Positions 39,324 through 50,790 of a DNA stretch of 64,000 nt are shown piece after piece. Made by a program: the position numbers and the translations under genes. Source of the DNA: Vulcanimicrobiota bacterium (GTDB lineage Bacteria; Vulcanimicrobiota; Vulcanimicrobiia; Vulcanimicrobiales; Vulcanimicrobiaceae); assembly GCA_963795855.1 (NCBI GenBank), contig CAWCIZ010000003.1:800001-864000 (forward strand). The letters run 5' to 3'. The notes beneath the pieces were generated by a model. That model was not told the origin of the DNA, did no database searches, and was given only the letters and a program-made list of their open reading frames with translations. Position 1 is the first letter of the stretch. Each line of letters starts with the position of its first letter.

Positions 39324-39443
39324 TCACTTTAGGCCGAGGCGCTTCTGGAGATTATGCCATGAACCCTTGGACAATTGATGGCCTGAATTCCCCGACACGG
39401 TAATCTTATCGCCATTCGCCGGATGCTCCGACTAGCGGTGGCA
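39324..39443 (-). pseudogene. HicA toxin remnant
   Basis: Manual translation CHR*SEHPANGDKITVSGNSGHQLSKGSWHNLQKRLGLK*; in-frame TAG, N-terminus absent. Confidence 0.6.
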
Positions 39444-39444
39444 C

Positions 39445-40146
39445 CTACGCAATGACGCGTGCCGCCTCGGAGGCGTCCGTTTCGGCGTAGAAGCGATTGT
39501 GCGTTTCGGTCACGTGCGGCGCCCACGGATCGACTTGAGCGGCGCTTACTGGGAAGTGCACCGTCGGTCCGGCTGCATCCGCGTAACTCGATCCGTCGAA
39601 CGGCTCGAATTCGCGGCTCTCGCGATGCGCGACGACAAGAGACCCGACACTCTTCGCGGCCGCATTTGCCGCCTTGCGCAAGCCATCGTCCAAACGCGCG
39701 TCGCCCGCTAGCGTATCGTACAGTTTGATTGCTGGACGGTCGGCATGCCACGGCATGTCCGGCGTGGCCGCCGAGAAGCGTACCATGCCCTGCACCGACG
39801 CTGCATCCTCGCGGATAGCCGCAACTTCGGAGCGATCGTTTTTTCGCGCAGCGATGCCGTCGTTGAGCGCTTTAACCGATGATTCGACGCTGCGCATTTT
39901 CGCGCTGTCGAGATCCAGTACGTCAAAGGCGGCGGCAGGTCCCCACGTTTGCCCGTCTGCGCCGTATTTCTGATGCATCACGTCGCCGACGAGCGCTTTG
40001 CCCATGGCGTGCGAATCGCTCGCGTTCTTCGCGATCGCATCCGCGACATCGCTTGGCACGCCGGGCGACACCATCGTTTCGGGGCTGGCTGCCAAGTACT
40101 GCACGCCGGCATGTGAGAGCGCGTCGGCGAAGCCCAGCGAGGCCAT
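39445..40146 (-). pseudogene. 3' half of an interrupted clostripain-like (peptidase C11/CHAT-fold) gene
   Basis: Begins MASLGFADAL...YLAASPETM, the segment following the CL of the clostripain-type CLM motif; abuts the element left end. Confidence 0.75.
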
Positions 40147-40177
40147 ATTATACGAAGTACAAAGGAGTATATCATTT
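40147..40177 (+). repeat. Left terminal inverted repeat
   Basis: ATTATACGAAGTACAAAGGAGTATATCATTT; 24 of 28 aligned positions match the reverse complement of 60693-60720. Confidence 0.8.
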
Positions 40178-40214
40178 CGTCACGAAGGCGGCGCGAAACT
40201 AGGAGGCGCGCGCG

Positions 40215-41361
40215 ATGCTGCGACTGGCCTTTACCTCGAGCGCTTTTCGGCTCCATGGCATAAGTCGACCGGACATTCCCGTCATTATCGATGACAGCGA
40301 CATGTCCATCGCGCGCATACCAACTCTATGGCTTGTGTACGTCGCTACAATCCCCGGTAAGACCCGCAGCCCAAGGACTTGGCTGGCGTATGGAACGGGA
40401 GTTGTCGATTGGTTGCGAGTTTGCGATGCAAACGGTTGGAGTTGGGAAACCGCTACGGAAGAGCAGGTGGCTGCATATCGAGACAATGCTATTTCGGAAG
40501 AGAGCAGACTTTGTCGAGCGAGTCCTGGATCCGAAGTCGATTAATCTTTATCTCACAAGTCTGTGCCCGCTTCTACAAGTGGTGCGAAGAACGCGGCTAC
40601 GTTAAGGAAAGCCCTTTCAAATATGTTCGCTCAAACCGCGGTAAGCACGGTTTGTTGGCACATATTAATTCCGAGCGCGATTCATCAAAGACTCCTAGTT
40701 GCGTTACCCGAAGTCAAAGGAAAAACTCCTCGATTCTACACCGTCGGCGAAAGACGAAAGATCCAGTCACTCATGGGAACCCGGGATAGATTGTTCATGC
40801 GATGGGCGCTTTATACCGGGATGAGGATCTTCGAGATCGTGATGCTGGCGTTGAGCGATCATCCCGCACCAGGATACGTACGCTTCTGGAAAATGGCGAA
40901 AATTAAACATTCTCGGGAAAGGCGGCTACAGGAGAGATGTTTGGGTTCCATCATTCATTTTGGATGAGACGTGGACCTATATACGGTTACATCGTTCAAA
41001 GATACTTTCGGAGTGCAAAGCGCGGGGTGGTAAAACCGGCGAATCGGCGCTCTGGCTGGGTCGTTGGGGAAGTAAGCTCACTGAAGCCGGCGCGAGAGTA
41101 GCTTTCAATGCAGCGCTTGAAGCAGCCGGTATTACCGACGGCGTGTTTCACGATTGCAGGCACACCTACGCTATTACCACTCTCGATCGCCTGATGTTGA
41201 AGTCTAGCGACCCGAAGGCGAAGTCGCGTAATCCCCTCGAGGCGTTGAAAAAATTGCTTGGGCACAAGCATCTTTCGTCGACCGCGATCTATCTGCAGGC
41301 GCGAGAACAGTACTTGGAAGACCTCACGGACGATGACATTGAGGCGCCCGACAGTGTCTAG
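40215..41361 (+). CDS. Tyrosine recombinase 1 (GinA-like; several frameshifts)
   Basis: AGGAGG RBS; SAM-like N-domain; YTGMRIFE, FHDCRHTYA, LLGHKHLSSTAIY. Confidence 0.85.
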
Positions 41362-43103
41362 GGCCCTAAAACGCCACAAGGCATTCGCCGTTAAACTTCC
41401 CGCCAAGGGCTATGATCATGCAACAACATGGGCTTTCCTGGATCCTCACACGGCAACACAATGCACATTTGATTTCAGCAGAATGGCACAAGAAGCTAGG
41501 TCCGATCGTGCCGGACCTCATGGATGCAGCAAAGCGCCTTGAAGGTCACCAAAACCGCTCCGTTAGGGGTCGGAGCGCTGTATTGAATTGGTTGTTTGAA
41601 TACCTCGTTAAAGCGAATTTAAAACCAAAAGCGACAGATCTCACCGATCAGATCCTTGTCGACGCAGTTAAGTCGCGAGGACTGAAAGGGCATGCGCCCA
41701 GCGTCGTCCACGGAAAGTTAAGAAGTATTGTAAATGAGGCACTGCGTTTACAAAACGTGCAGTTAAAAGACGATTTACGATCCCTTCGCCCCTGAGCGTT
41801 TAGCAGCACAACATAGTGAGAGTTTGTCGAGAGAACAACGCGAAGCAATCCTCCAGGCCGCAATGATTGACGTTAGGCGGATCTGGGATGAATTCGAGCG
41901 AGCGCGTTCGGCCGAGGCGACGAGTGCTATGACAGTCCGTCGCTAAAATTGCCACTGAAAATGGCGGCTTTCTTCCGATTATAGGCTATGGGAAAAATTA
42001 CAAGCGACTAAAGAAAACCAAGGCGATGCGCGCATTGTGGGCATTGAAGGCCCGCGAGCGCCGTGCAGGAAGACCCGCCGACGTTAGGACGTTTGATAGA
42101 TGGCTTTATGCCACCGTTGAATCACTTCTGCCGTTTCTCATAGTCATCGCATATAAGCTCGCGGGAAACGTGTATTCGCTTTTGGAGAGTAAGCGCGATT
42201 TGTTGCGTGACGTGGACGACGTTATCCGAGGATCGCGATGCGCAGTTAGTTTCTACAAACCTAGAGCACGCAGAATATTGACGCACATGCTTAATCCGGC
42301 GGGTCGATTCTCGGTTCCCAGCCTTATCAAACAAGTGCTTGCAATGACAGATCCTTTGGTCCCGCTCGTGCCGGAAGCGATGAAGAACCGGTTGTTTATT
42401 TGCTTTAACCGTGTTGGGAACAGCAAGGGAAAACCACAGACGCTCAAGTCGACGCCAGGCTCAATGCGCCGATGGTGCCAACGACATAATCTCATGAACA
42501 AAGACGGAACGCCGTTAACGTTCACTCTCGACATGTTGCGTCCGACGAAGATCAACGACGTTTACGAGGACTCCGGTGGGGATCTGCTTCTGGCGTACAA
42601 GGTAGCGAATCACAAGGTGCTCTCCACAACGTATGATTACCTGAAGGGTATACGCGCAGCCGATCTCGATCGAAAGTCGATAGCTGACGCTCAGGGGCAG
42701 ACTCTTTACAGCATCCACCGAACGACGCGAAAAACACTCCCGAGACGGATCGCAGAAATCAAAATCTCGTGAGGAAAGGGCCAGAGCTGTCGAGCGAGAC
42801 TGTCTTGATCCAACGGACCCACCAAGATACACGGAAAAAGACCTGTGCCCGGAGTGGATGTTCACACTCGCCGATCCGCACCTTGCTGTACCGAATGATC
42901 CGAAATATGTCGCGAATATAATACTTGATCGAGATGCGTTCCTTGAGGCACGTGAAAGGATCGACGCAACTCGTTTTGCTCGGTATTATGCGAACAAATT
43001 GCGGATCATCGATCAAGAAATTCTACCAAAATTATCCCCAGATGTAGTAAAAGAAGCCACAAAGATAGCGGCTGGTTTACCGCTGCGGATGGAGATATAC
43101 TAA
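41354..43103 (+). CDS. Tyrosine recombinase 2 (GinB-like, degenerate active site; frameshifts)
   Basis: LAGNVYSLL, KPRA, DMLRPT, ANHKVLSTTYDY; Cys-containing C-terminus. Confidence 0.7.
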
Positions 43104-44931
43104 TGGACGCTCAAGTGCAAAGCGAAACTACGCGAGGTCCCGCGGTGTCTGCTCGGAGCTGTTTCAATGACGATGTTTGGTATCTGCCCAACGCTGTAGT
43201 TACATCAGCAAGTAATCATATTCATTGGAAGGTGCAACTCGGCGAAGGTCGATGTCTAACAGATCCAATACACGAGAAGATACTTTCCACGTGTAAACAG
43301 ATGCTGTACTGCATGCTTAAAGGCGATTACGGATTTTACAAGAACGCGCGCTGCCGCACCGTGTTTGGGACCTGGAGCGCCCTAAGGCCATTAGTGGTGT
43401 GGATGATTGCGCAAGGTCTGACCGCGTTTTCGGAGATGGATGAAAACCAAATAGCAGACTTACAAGGCAAAAGTCACGTCAAGTGGGTTGTCCGAGAGCC
43501 GCCAAGGCCGATTACTCTTCCCTTTAAAAGTGCTTGTGGCGCTGCGCGATAAGATTGAAGACCAACCTCCCATTAAGCCTCATGTAATGATGGAAATCCT
43601 GACGCTACCGTCCACGGCGCAAAACGAGTGCAAGACGCCTGCGATCCCAGACCATATTGCCATGCCGTTATTTCGAGAGGCGCTGGAATTCATTGAGGCA
43701 AATGCGGATTTTATTTGTGAAGTCTACGCGCAAGATTGGGAAAGCCGGCGTGTTCACTATCGGGCTACCGCAAAGGCTGGCATGACGCATGGCGCCGGCG
43801 CGTTGCGTGTGAGTCGCGAACACTTCGAAAAATATGCGTCATGCGACGTCATTCAGGCCGGTAGCCAGATCTATGCAATTCGAGAGATCTCGCAAGTGAA
43901 CGAAATGGTAACCCTACTGGAGACTGCCTGCTTTATCGTAGTGGCCGGGTTCGTTGGCATGCGCATTAGTGAGATCGGCTCATTAAAATCGGGTTGCCTT
44001 TCGGTCCAAAAGAGCAATCGCGGTCTAACATTACTTACCGTGCACGGCCTTCTTTTTAAGACTTCCAGAGAAGAAGAGGGTGTCCCGTGGCAGTGGGTCG
44101 CCGGTTGGGACGGGCCAGAAAATGTGGTCCGGAAAGCGATCGAAACGCTTGAGCGGCTTCGTCGCGCAGAAAAGTGTGAGCCAGCATCGAGTAGATATTT
44201 ATTTACCAGAAGTCACGGCCGCTTTGTGGATGGAGACGCGAATCCCCTGAAGAGCTCCTACTTTACTGCGCGAGTCAATAAATTTGCACGGCTTTATGAC
44301 ATTGAGCCGTGGCATTTTACGCCTCGCCAATTTCGACGCACCTTTGCACGGTGGGTAACGCGAAAGGACCCGAACGCGTTGCTCGCGCTTCGTCGTCACT
44401 TTGCTCATGTCTCGGTGCAAATGACGGAATTCTATTCATTCTGGGATAGTGACCTAGTCCAAGAAGTGTTAGACGCGGATATTGAGCAAGACTATGAAGC
44501 ATTGGACGAGATACTTGCCGCGGATCATTTGGCGGGCCAAAAGGGCGAAGAAATTCTGTCTCGCAACTACCGATTCCGTGGTGTCGCCGGAGAGGAAGCG
44601 CGGGAAGTCTATATCCGCGCCGAACTTGCGCGTCCGGCCGATGAACAGCTGATCATTATGCGTCACGATTACGGATATTGCATTTACTTAGACTGACAAG
44701 GCGGCCTGCGGCGGTGAACGCTGGCGCATCGGTATTGACACGTGTATGGGATGTTCAAACGCCGTATTTACGAAGCAGCATGTGCCTTTCTTAGTGCGCC
44801 AGAAGGAAGCGCGGCGTTCGATTATAGGCGCGCCAATTTTTAAGACGCTTTCAGTCCGAGCTCAGACCGACGCACAAAATGGACTTGAGCGCGTAGAAAA
44901 GCTGCTGATCGATCTTACGGGGGCGGCCTAG
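43103..44931 (+). CDS. Tyrosine recombinase 3 (GinC-like; frameshifts)
   Basis: SCFNDDVW N-terminus; VGMRISE, PRQFRRTFA, HFAHVSVQMTEFY; Cys-rich tail GYC...CGG...CMGCSN. Confidence 0.85.
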
Positions 44932-45215
44932 TGACGAAGAAAGAGCAAACGTTGCGCAATCTCAACGCGGCTTTGTCGCGCCTAATGAAAGGAAAACCAA
45001 CGAATGAACACAATCAGAAAAACAAGAGCCAGGTTTCTGTAGCGGCGGTGGCCCGAGAGGCAGGCGTCAAGCCCGTCACTGTTTTTAGATACCCATCTGT
45101 ATGCGATCGTATAAGGGAATTGAAAAAGCGATCGAAGAGTGCCAAGAGAACAGCAACCCGCGTCGCGAATGCGGCGGCTGAAAATCGTGAGCTAGAAGGC
45201 AGATTCGGTGTCTGA
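44931..45215 (+). CDS. Small HTH/coiled-coil protein (GinD/TnpC-like)
   Basis: SVAAVAREAGVKPVTVFRYPSVCDRI then a helical tail; coupled to recombinase 3. Confidence 0.65.
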   Translation: MTKKEQTLRNLNAALSRLMKGKPTNEHNQKNKSQVSVAAVAREAGVKPVTVFRYPSVCDRIRELKKRSKSAKRTATRVANAAAENRELEGRFGV

Positions 45216-45375
45216 TCGATCGAAATATGGAATTAACGGTTAGTCTTTCAAAATATGAGCTGTGGCGTCCGATCCGAATATCGCGGATATCGTCGGAGCC
45301 CGTCTATAGTGCGACCCGACAAGTTGCACAGCGGATACGCGAACATTAGTCAGTGCAGACGAAAGCATAGCAGCC

Positions 45376-46153
45376 GTGCGTGATTTGAGCGTCGGAATTC
45401 TCATAATCGGTTCCCTCTTATGGGACCCGGACAAAAAGCGCGTTAATTGGCGCAGATTCCCGTCTAAATATGAACGCTCAACGATATGTATGGACTCATA
45501 CCCGTTATGGGCGAACTTCTAAGGGGCGAGAATGCACCCATACGATGGTGTTCTCGACGTCGGCCGCGCAGAGCACCGCCGTCGTCGTACCCTGTCAAAA
45601 CGCGTTGAGCTCGTTCGATGATTTACGCCAAGAATCTCAACAACTCGCAGTTGCCGAAGGGCTTGGCGAAGGAAAAACTTGGAAGGACTTCGGAGCGGTT
45701 GGCATTCTTTCGAACCCGTGTTCACCCGAGGCGCAAACGCTGCTAGAGCCGTGGTCGAAGTATTTCCGGGAGCATTTCAACATTGACTGCAAAGTAACAA
45801 GGGTGAAGGGCGCCGGCGAGGAGCCGAGTCTACAGAGTGATGGCGTGCTTAACGTTGCATGGCCAAAGTGCATACGAACGCAGGAGTCAAGCGCATACGA
45901 TATTCTGCTCGCCACGGCCAATGCGCCAAACCTAAACGGAGACGATTCCTATCCAACGGCGGAGCAGATTGCGGACCGGTTCACCCAGCAGCAGTACATC
46001 ACATATTTCTCTGAAAACGTGAAGGCAGATATTTTCACCGCCGACGATCCCGAGATTTGGTCTAACGTCACAACATGGAATCCGGATTGGATATCTGTTG
46101 AAGAGCGCGTCTGCATTGATGCGGCAATTACAGCTCGGCAATCCGGCGCCTAG
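45376..46153 (+). CDS. Hypothetical protein, gamma-glutamylcyclotransferase-fold-like (frameshift near 45455)
   Basis: GTG 45376 reads VGILIIGSLLWD; continues RYGRTS...TMVFS. Confidence 0.45.
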
Positions 46154-46273
46154 TATCGCCGAGCATTCTTTCGCCCCGTAGCGACCAAAAACCACTAGGA
46201 GAGGCGGATGAGGCGGTTTCCTAGGAGTTGGTGAAGTCATCTACCTCTGTCCGCTGCAAAGAAAGCGTTGCAT

Positions 46274-47267
46274 ATGAATTGGGTGTTTCAATCGAATCCG
46301 AAATTGTTTGACCTTTCGAAGGCGCTCGACGAGCGATCTGCGCACACACGACATTGGGCGATGAATCAACTGCGCTCGGAAGTCACGCCCGGTGACCGTG
46401 TCTACTTCTGGCGCTCCGGCGTGGATGCGGCTCTCGTTGCCATCGGCAGAATTACTTCGCCGGTGTACGAACGTGAAGGCAACCCGTTTGGTCGGTGGGC
46501 CATCGACGTCGAATATGAGTACAAGATTCAACCTACTCTAAGCCGTGCTGAGGTCCTCGCCGACGATACGCTGACGAACGTGCGTGTTTTCAAAGGAGCA
46601 CAAGGCACCAACTTTAAGATCGATGCAACTCAAGCGGCTGCGCTCGACAGACTTACTGATCAGCGGCGTGTTCGCATTGAGGGCCCTGTGGGACCACCGC
46701 CCCCCGACAGATCCTATGCGCGCGGTGACGGAAGCTCTTCGTCATGTGCATACTACAAACGTTCGCGCGATCTCAGGTTTCATGGCCGACATGGACCCAA
46801 CGCATTTTGAATGGCTGGTCGCTGCCGTCTTTGTGCGCGCTGGATATACCGACGTTGAAGTTACGCCGCCCAGTGGTGATCGCGGCATCGACGTTAAAGC
46901 AACGGCACCGGGAGTTGTCCCGATTCGCGTCTTTATTCAGGCCAAACGTAAACCTTCCGTCGGCAGCCCCACTGTAACGCAACTACGTGGTTCTTGTCCG
47001 TCTGGCTACAGTGGCATACTCGTAACGTCAGGCACTTTTACGGACGAAGCATACGACGAAGCAGCAGACAAGACGAAACATAATCAAATCACCTTAATCA
47101 GCGGGAAAGAATTCGCGGAGCTCCTGTTGGACAATGGGATCGGCACGCGACGGATACCATTGGAAACCCACTCGTTAGCGCTGGATGAAATAACGCTCCC
47201 GTTCTTACAGGAAATTGTCCAAGTGCCGGCAGAAGCGACTGCTGACGCAACGGCTCTGCGTCCATAG
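46274..47267 (+). CDS. EVE domain-Mrr-type restriction endonuclease fusion (frameshift near 46700)
   Basis: WVFQSNP...PGDRVYFW...GTNF (EVE/PUA-like); FEWLVA...GDRGIDV...IQAKR...VTSGTFT (Mrr catalytic). Confidence 0.8.
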
Positions 47268-47431
47268 CAAGAAAGTAGCAACTCTAGATGGGCAGATTCC
47301 AGACGATCTCCGATCTAGGCAAACCGTCATGTTTTTGAACTGGCCAACGGCGGGTTCGTGAACTCTGCAATTGAAGCGGCGGCTCCAACGGTCATCGCTC
47401 GTGCTCATTGCCGAATCTCTGTCAGATCAGC

Positions 47432-48356
47432 TTAAACATCGTGCAGTTCTTCGATCAAAGCAAGGTCGCCGATTAAACTTCCGGCCGGCGATACCGTTGC
47501 CGTATGCAGGCTGTTGAACGGTGCACGCTCCGGATCGCCAGGCGATGCATAGCGCAGCGTATTGTACGCGGCTTCGAACTGAGGATCGTTCATGATGCCA
47601 GCTTTATCTGCTAGATGGAAAATCGGAGCGGCGCCGGTTGTGGACATGAGGCCACCCGATTCGTCAAAGTCCAGCAATCCGAGGCCGCGGATATGTGCGA
47701 GGTCGGCAAAAGTGTAGTGCAATTCGCCGAAGCGCAACGAACTATGGCGGAACGACGACAGCAATGCGTCGCGGGAATCGTCGGGATAGAGGCGCGTCAA
47801 TAGCTCCTCTCGCGCGCGGGCTTCCCGCGACGAAACCCGAATTGGTCCCGTCTGCAAAAAGCTAATGAGGGCGAGCAGTCGCACCTGGCGTGGGGTGAGA
47901 TCGCGTATCCGCTCGATGGCAATGCGAGCGGCAAGCGCTTCGAGCGATTCGTCGGGCGCTTTCAGCCGCTCGACGACAACGTCCGCTAAAACGTGAAGCT
48001 GCAAGCCATCGTCAGTGTCCATCGCTGTCGCAAAGGCCTCTTGCAGGGCGCCGGTTACTTCGGGGAGTGCGAATAACACATCGAGTCGCGATTCGTCGAA
48101 TTGACGCGCGTGCTCGAGTGCATCCACGCGCGCATCCAGGAGTACAACGAATCTTCGCAATCGTTCTTGCGCCGTTTCCAAATCGGAGCCGAAAATGAGA
48201 TCATTGGCGCCGCCGCCGAAGCGTTGGCCCAAGACGCGCACGAGCGCAGGTCGCGCGCGGCGCGCGATCGTGCCAAGGCCAGCATCAAGTGCCTTGCTCG
48301 CGAATATAATCGACGGCAAGCGAGACGATTTCCGGTGGAACCGGCGGCAGGCTCAT
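47432..48356 (-). CDS. Hypothetical protein (Abi-alpha/LPO_1073-like impression; 5' frameshift)
   Basis: About 300-aa ORF with helical N-domain and a wHTH-like end (SPAGSLIG). Confidence 0.4.
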
Positions 48357-48588
48357 GGCGTAGTCGATTCACCTTCAGGGTGGTAACTTACTCACGTTCG
48401 CTCAACTCTGCAGCTCATTATTGGGGACCCGGACCTGAACGGGCCGCTTCCGGTATAATAGCGTCAAGTCGCGGTTCCATCACATCTCGAAGTCTTGAAA
48501 GCGCATCGGCCGCCCAGTTTGCCAATTCGGCGATCTGTGTTGCATCGTTCCGGTTAATGTTCTCCCGGACTAGCGTCAGTAACCTTGT

Positions 48589-48852
48589 TCATTTCGAGTC
48601 TTCGAAAAGGTTCGCGATCTCGTCATTCGACGCGTCGAAATCGTCCGCGATTTGTATGTTTTTTCCATCGACGCCCAATTCACGCTTCCGATGCGCCTTA
48701 TCTGCTTCGCCTTTTGGGGACTTGGAATCTTCGGGCAAATCCCACAATTCGCGCTCGCTCTTGACGTACGCGTCAGAGTTTCCGTAGACGCCTTTCAATT
48801 CACCGGCAAATGACTTGCCAACCCGACGCTGCGTTTTATCGTCTTCCTTCAT
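48589..48852 (-). CDS. Small antitoxin-like protein
   Basis: RELGVDGKNIQIADDFDA resembles the C-terminus of Phd/DUF2281-type antitoxins. Confidence 0.4.
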   Translation of the reverse strand: MKEDDKTQRRVGKSFAGELKGVYGNSDAYVKSERELWDLPEDSKSPKGEADKAHRKRELGVDGKNIQIADDFDASNDEIANLFEDSK

Positions 48853-49753
48853 CCTATTGCGACCCGTCTGCGGTTGTGATGCGACAATAATCAGCGGCTG
48901 GAACGTCCCAGCATGGCAAGAAAATTAATTCCTATAACTGAGTTCGTCCGCGGTCGGAACCCGGTCGCGCGTTGGCTGTCCATCTCGCCTGAGGACGCCT
49001 TCCTCGTTCCAAATGCCTTCAACCCGGTCGCGTACGCCGGAGGTCGTGTGGCATAGGTCGTTCCATATTTCGCTGGGTGTCAGGAGATCACGTATTCCGA
49101 CAACTAGCTCTGAAAATCTCATGCCTGCTATTACCTCGTCTGATATGCATGGTTTCGCCGTTCCCCGACCGAGCCGGTTCGACGCCGTTTCCGCCGATGA
49201 AGGCCCTGGCCTGGCCTAGTTTGGTCGTAGTAACCAGTCTTCGAGCTCTTCGTACAGTGTGGGCCACAGCGCCGTGCCGATCTTCCCGATTGCGGTTCCC
49301 TCGTCGGAATACATGCGGGTCAGCAGCTCGCTTAGCATCTCGTTCATAGGAGCTGCAGTACCCGCAACAGCGCCAGACGGGACATCGCGGCCGGCCGCAC
49401 GACGATTAACCATTGAATCCCCGCCACGGTTGTTCCGCATGGTTAGTCATTGTCCATGTGTCAACGCGAATTTCGGCTTCTAGAAGTAGTAATCCCAAAC
49501 GGAGCATCGGCCCTACTGCGCGCGCCGCTGATCAGCGGCACGGTCCAAACACTCTCGTGCCCAATTAGGTTCATCACGCACGTCGTCGTGCAAGCGCTCG
49601 AGTTCAAGATCTGCCCCGTCAATGGGTGATGAGCGAAAAAAATCAAACAAGTTAGCGTAAGCGTGCCCGGGTTCGTTCCTAATTTCCGATTGTTGCGATT
49701 CGTCGTTCAATTTTTGTCACCTCACATTTACGTGCTTATGCGGTCTGGCCTTT

Positions 49754-49993
49754 TCATCGTCTAACTTCGTGCAGCAGCTTCAGAAATGCCACGTAGGCCC
49801 GCTGTTCCTGTTTGCATGCACGAGACAATGCGCGAGACCATTGAAAAGCGGTTAAAAAGGCAACCGAAACGCCGGCAAGCATGACGCCCCAATGTGGTAG
49901 CAGTCGCGCAGTGGCGCACTCATAACCTAAAAGTAGAATCGCCAAGTTCGTGACGGCGTAGATCGGAAACATGGGTCGAAACGGAGCTTTCAT
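49754..49993 (-). CDS. Small membrane protein
   Basis: Two hydrophobic helices in 79 aa. Confidence 0.4.
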   Translation of the reverse strand: MKAPFRPMFPIYAVTNLAILLLGYECATARLLPHWGVMLAGVSVAFLTAFQWSRALSRACKQEQRAYVAFLKLLHEVRR

Positions 49994-49999
49994 TGCGAG

Positions 50000-50296
50000 T
50001 CACCTTTCGGACGCTCTGAGGCGCAAAGGCATTCCGCTCGACCGGCGTAGTTTTACCGCTCGCTGGATCTCGTATGAAACGATACTTGCATAGCGCGACA
50101 GCGCTTGTCGTTGCTCCGGCACGGACCACGCGTCGATGAGGCGTGACACTTCGGCTGACTTCGCAAATACGTATCGAATGTGCCCATCGCTGAGCAGTTT
50201 CCGGTTTAACAGCTTCTGTCGATTAAACAAAAGCCATGATGCCAGCTTAAGGTTCTCAACAGCGACCGTCTTGAATCCCCTGTCATTCCAAGGCAC
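50000..50296 (-). CDS. Small mobile-element protein (DUF5659-like impression)
   Basis: NLKLASWLL...YVF...RLIDAW pattern; divergent from the XRE gene. Confidence 0.4.
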   Translation of the reverse strand: MPWNDRGFKTVAVENLKLASWLLFNRQKLLNRKLLSDGHIRYVFAKSAEVSRLIDAWSVPEQRQALSRYASIVSYEIQRAVKLRRSSGMPLRLRASER

Positions 50297-50390
50297 TTAG
50301 AACGTTCCCCCGATGGAGCCCCGAGCTAGTGCCTTGCGCTGGATTTCCCCAGGCCGGTGAATTGGGGCGTTATTACACGCCATATATGGC

Positions 50391-50651
50391 GTGGTGCATC
50401 CCGAGTTCCTTCTGTACGCTCGCCTGGTGGCGGACCACCAGTACAAGCGGGCTCTCAAACGTCTAGCCGCCAACATTCGGAAGCGGCGACGAGAGCTCGG
50501 CCTAACGCAGGAAGACGTTGCTCATGCGGCCGACATGGCGGTTCGACATTTTCAAAAGCTCAAGGACGCGGACGTTAACGTCACGCTGCGGACGATGGCG
50601 AAAGTTGCGCGTGCGTTGAAAAGCGAACTACGCGAGTGTTCTAGCCCTTGA
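50391..50651 (+). CDS. XRE-family HTH regulator
   Basis: NIRKRRRELGLTQEDVA...NVTLRTMAKVARAL. Confidence 0.85.
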   Translation: MVHPEFLLYARLVADHQYKRALKRLAANIRKRRRELGLTQEDVAHAADMAVRHFQKLKDADVNVTLRTMAKVARALKSELRECSSP

Positions 50652-50790
50652 GTTGCCCATTTGCCGCTGTCAGTTCAAATTACGTTTGAGGACGTGGAGC
50701 GGCTTGTAACGCACTTGCGACGTGGGTCCCCTGCCGGGCTATCGGCATCGCTTCCATATTGACACCGTAAGTACTGTTGAAACCGGCAAG

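Noticed and set aside
40141..40145. GGCCA at both ends as a classical DDE target-site duplication
   Set aside because: There is no DDE transposase, and the repeat is offset by one base from the inverted repeats. A tyrosine-recombinase overlap or coupling sequence fits better.
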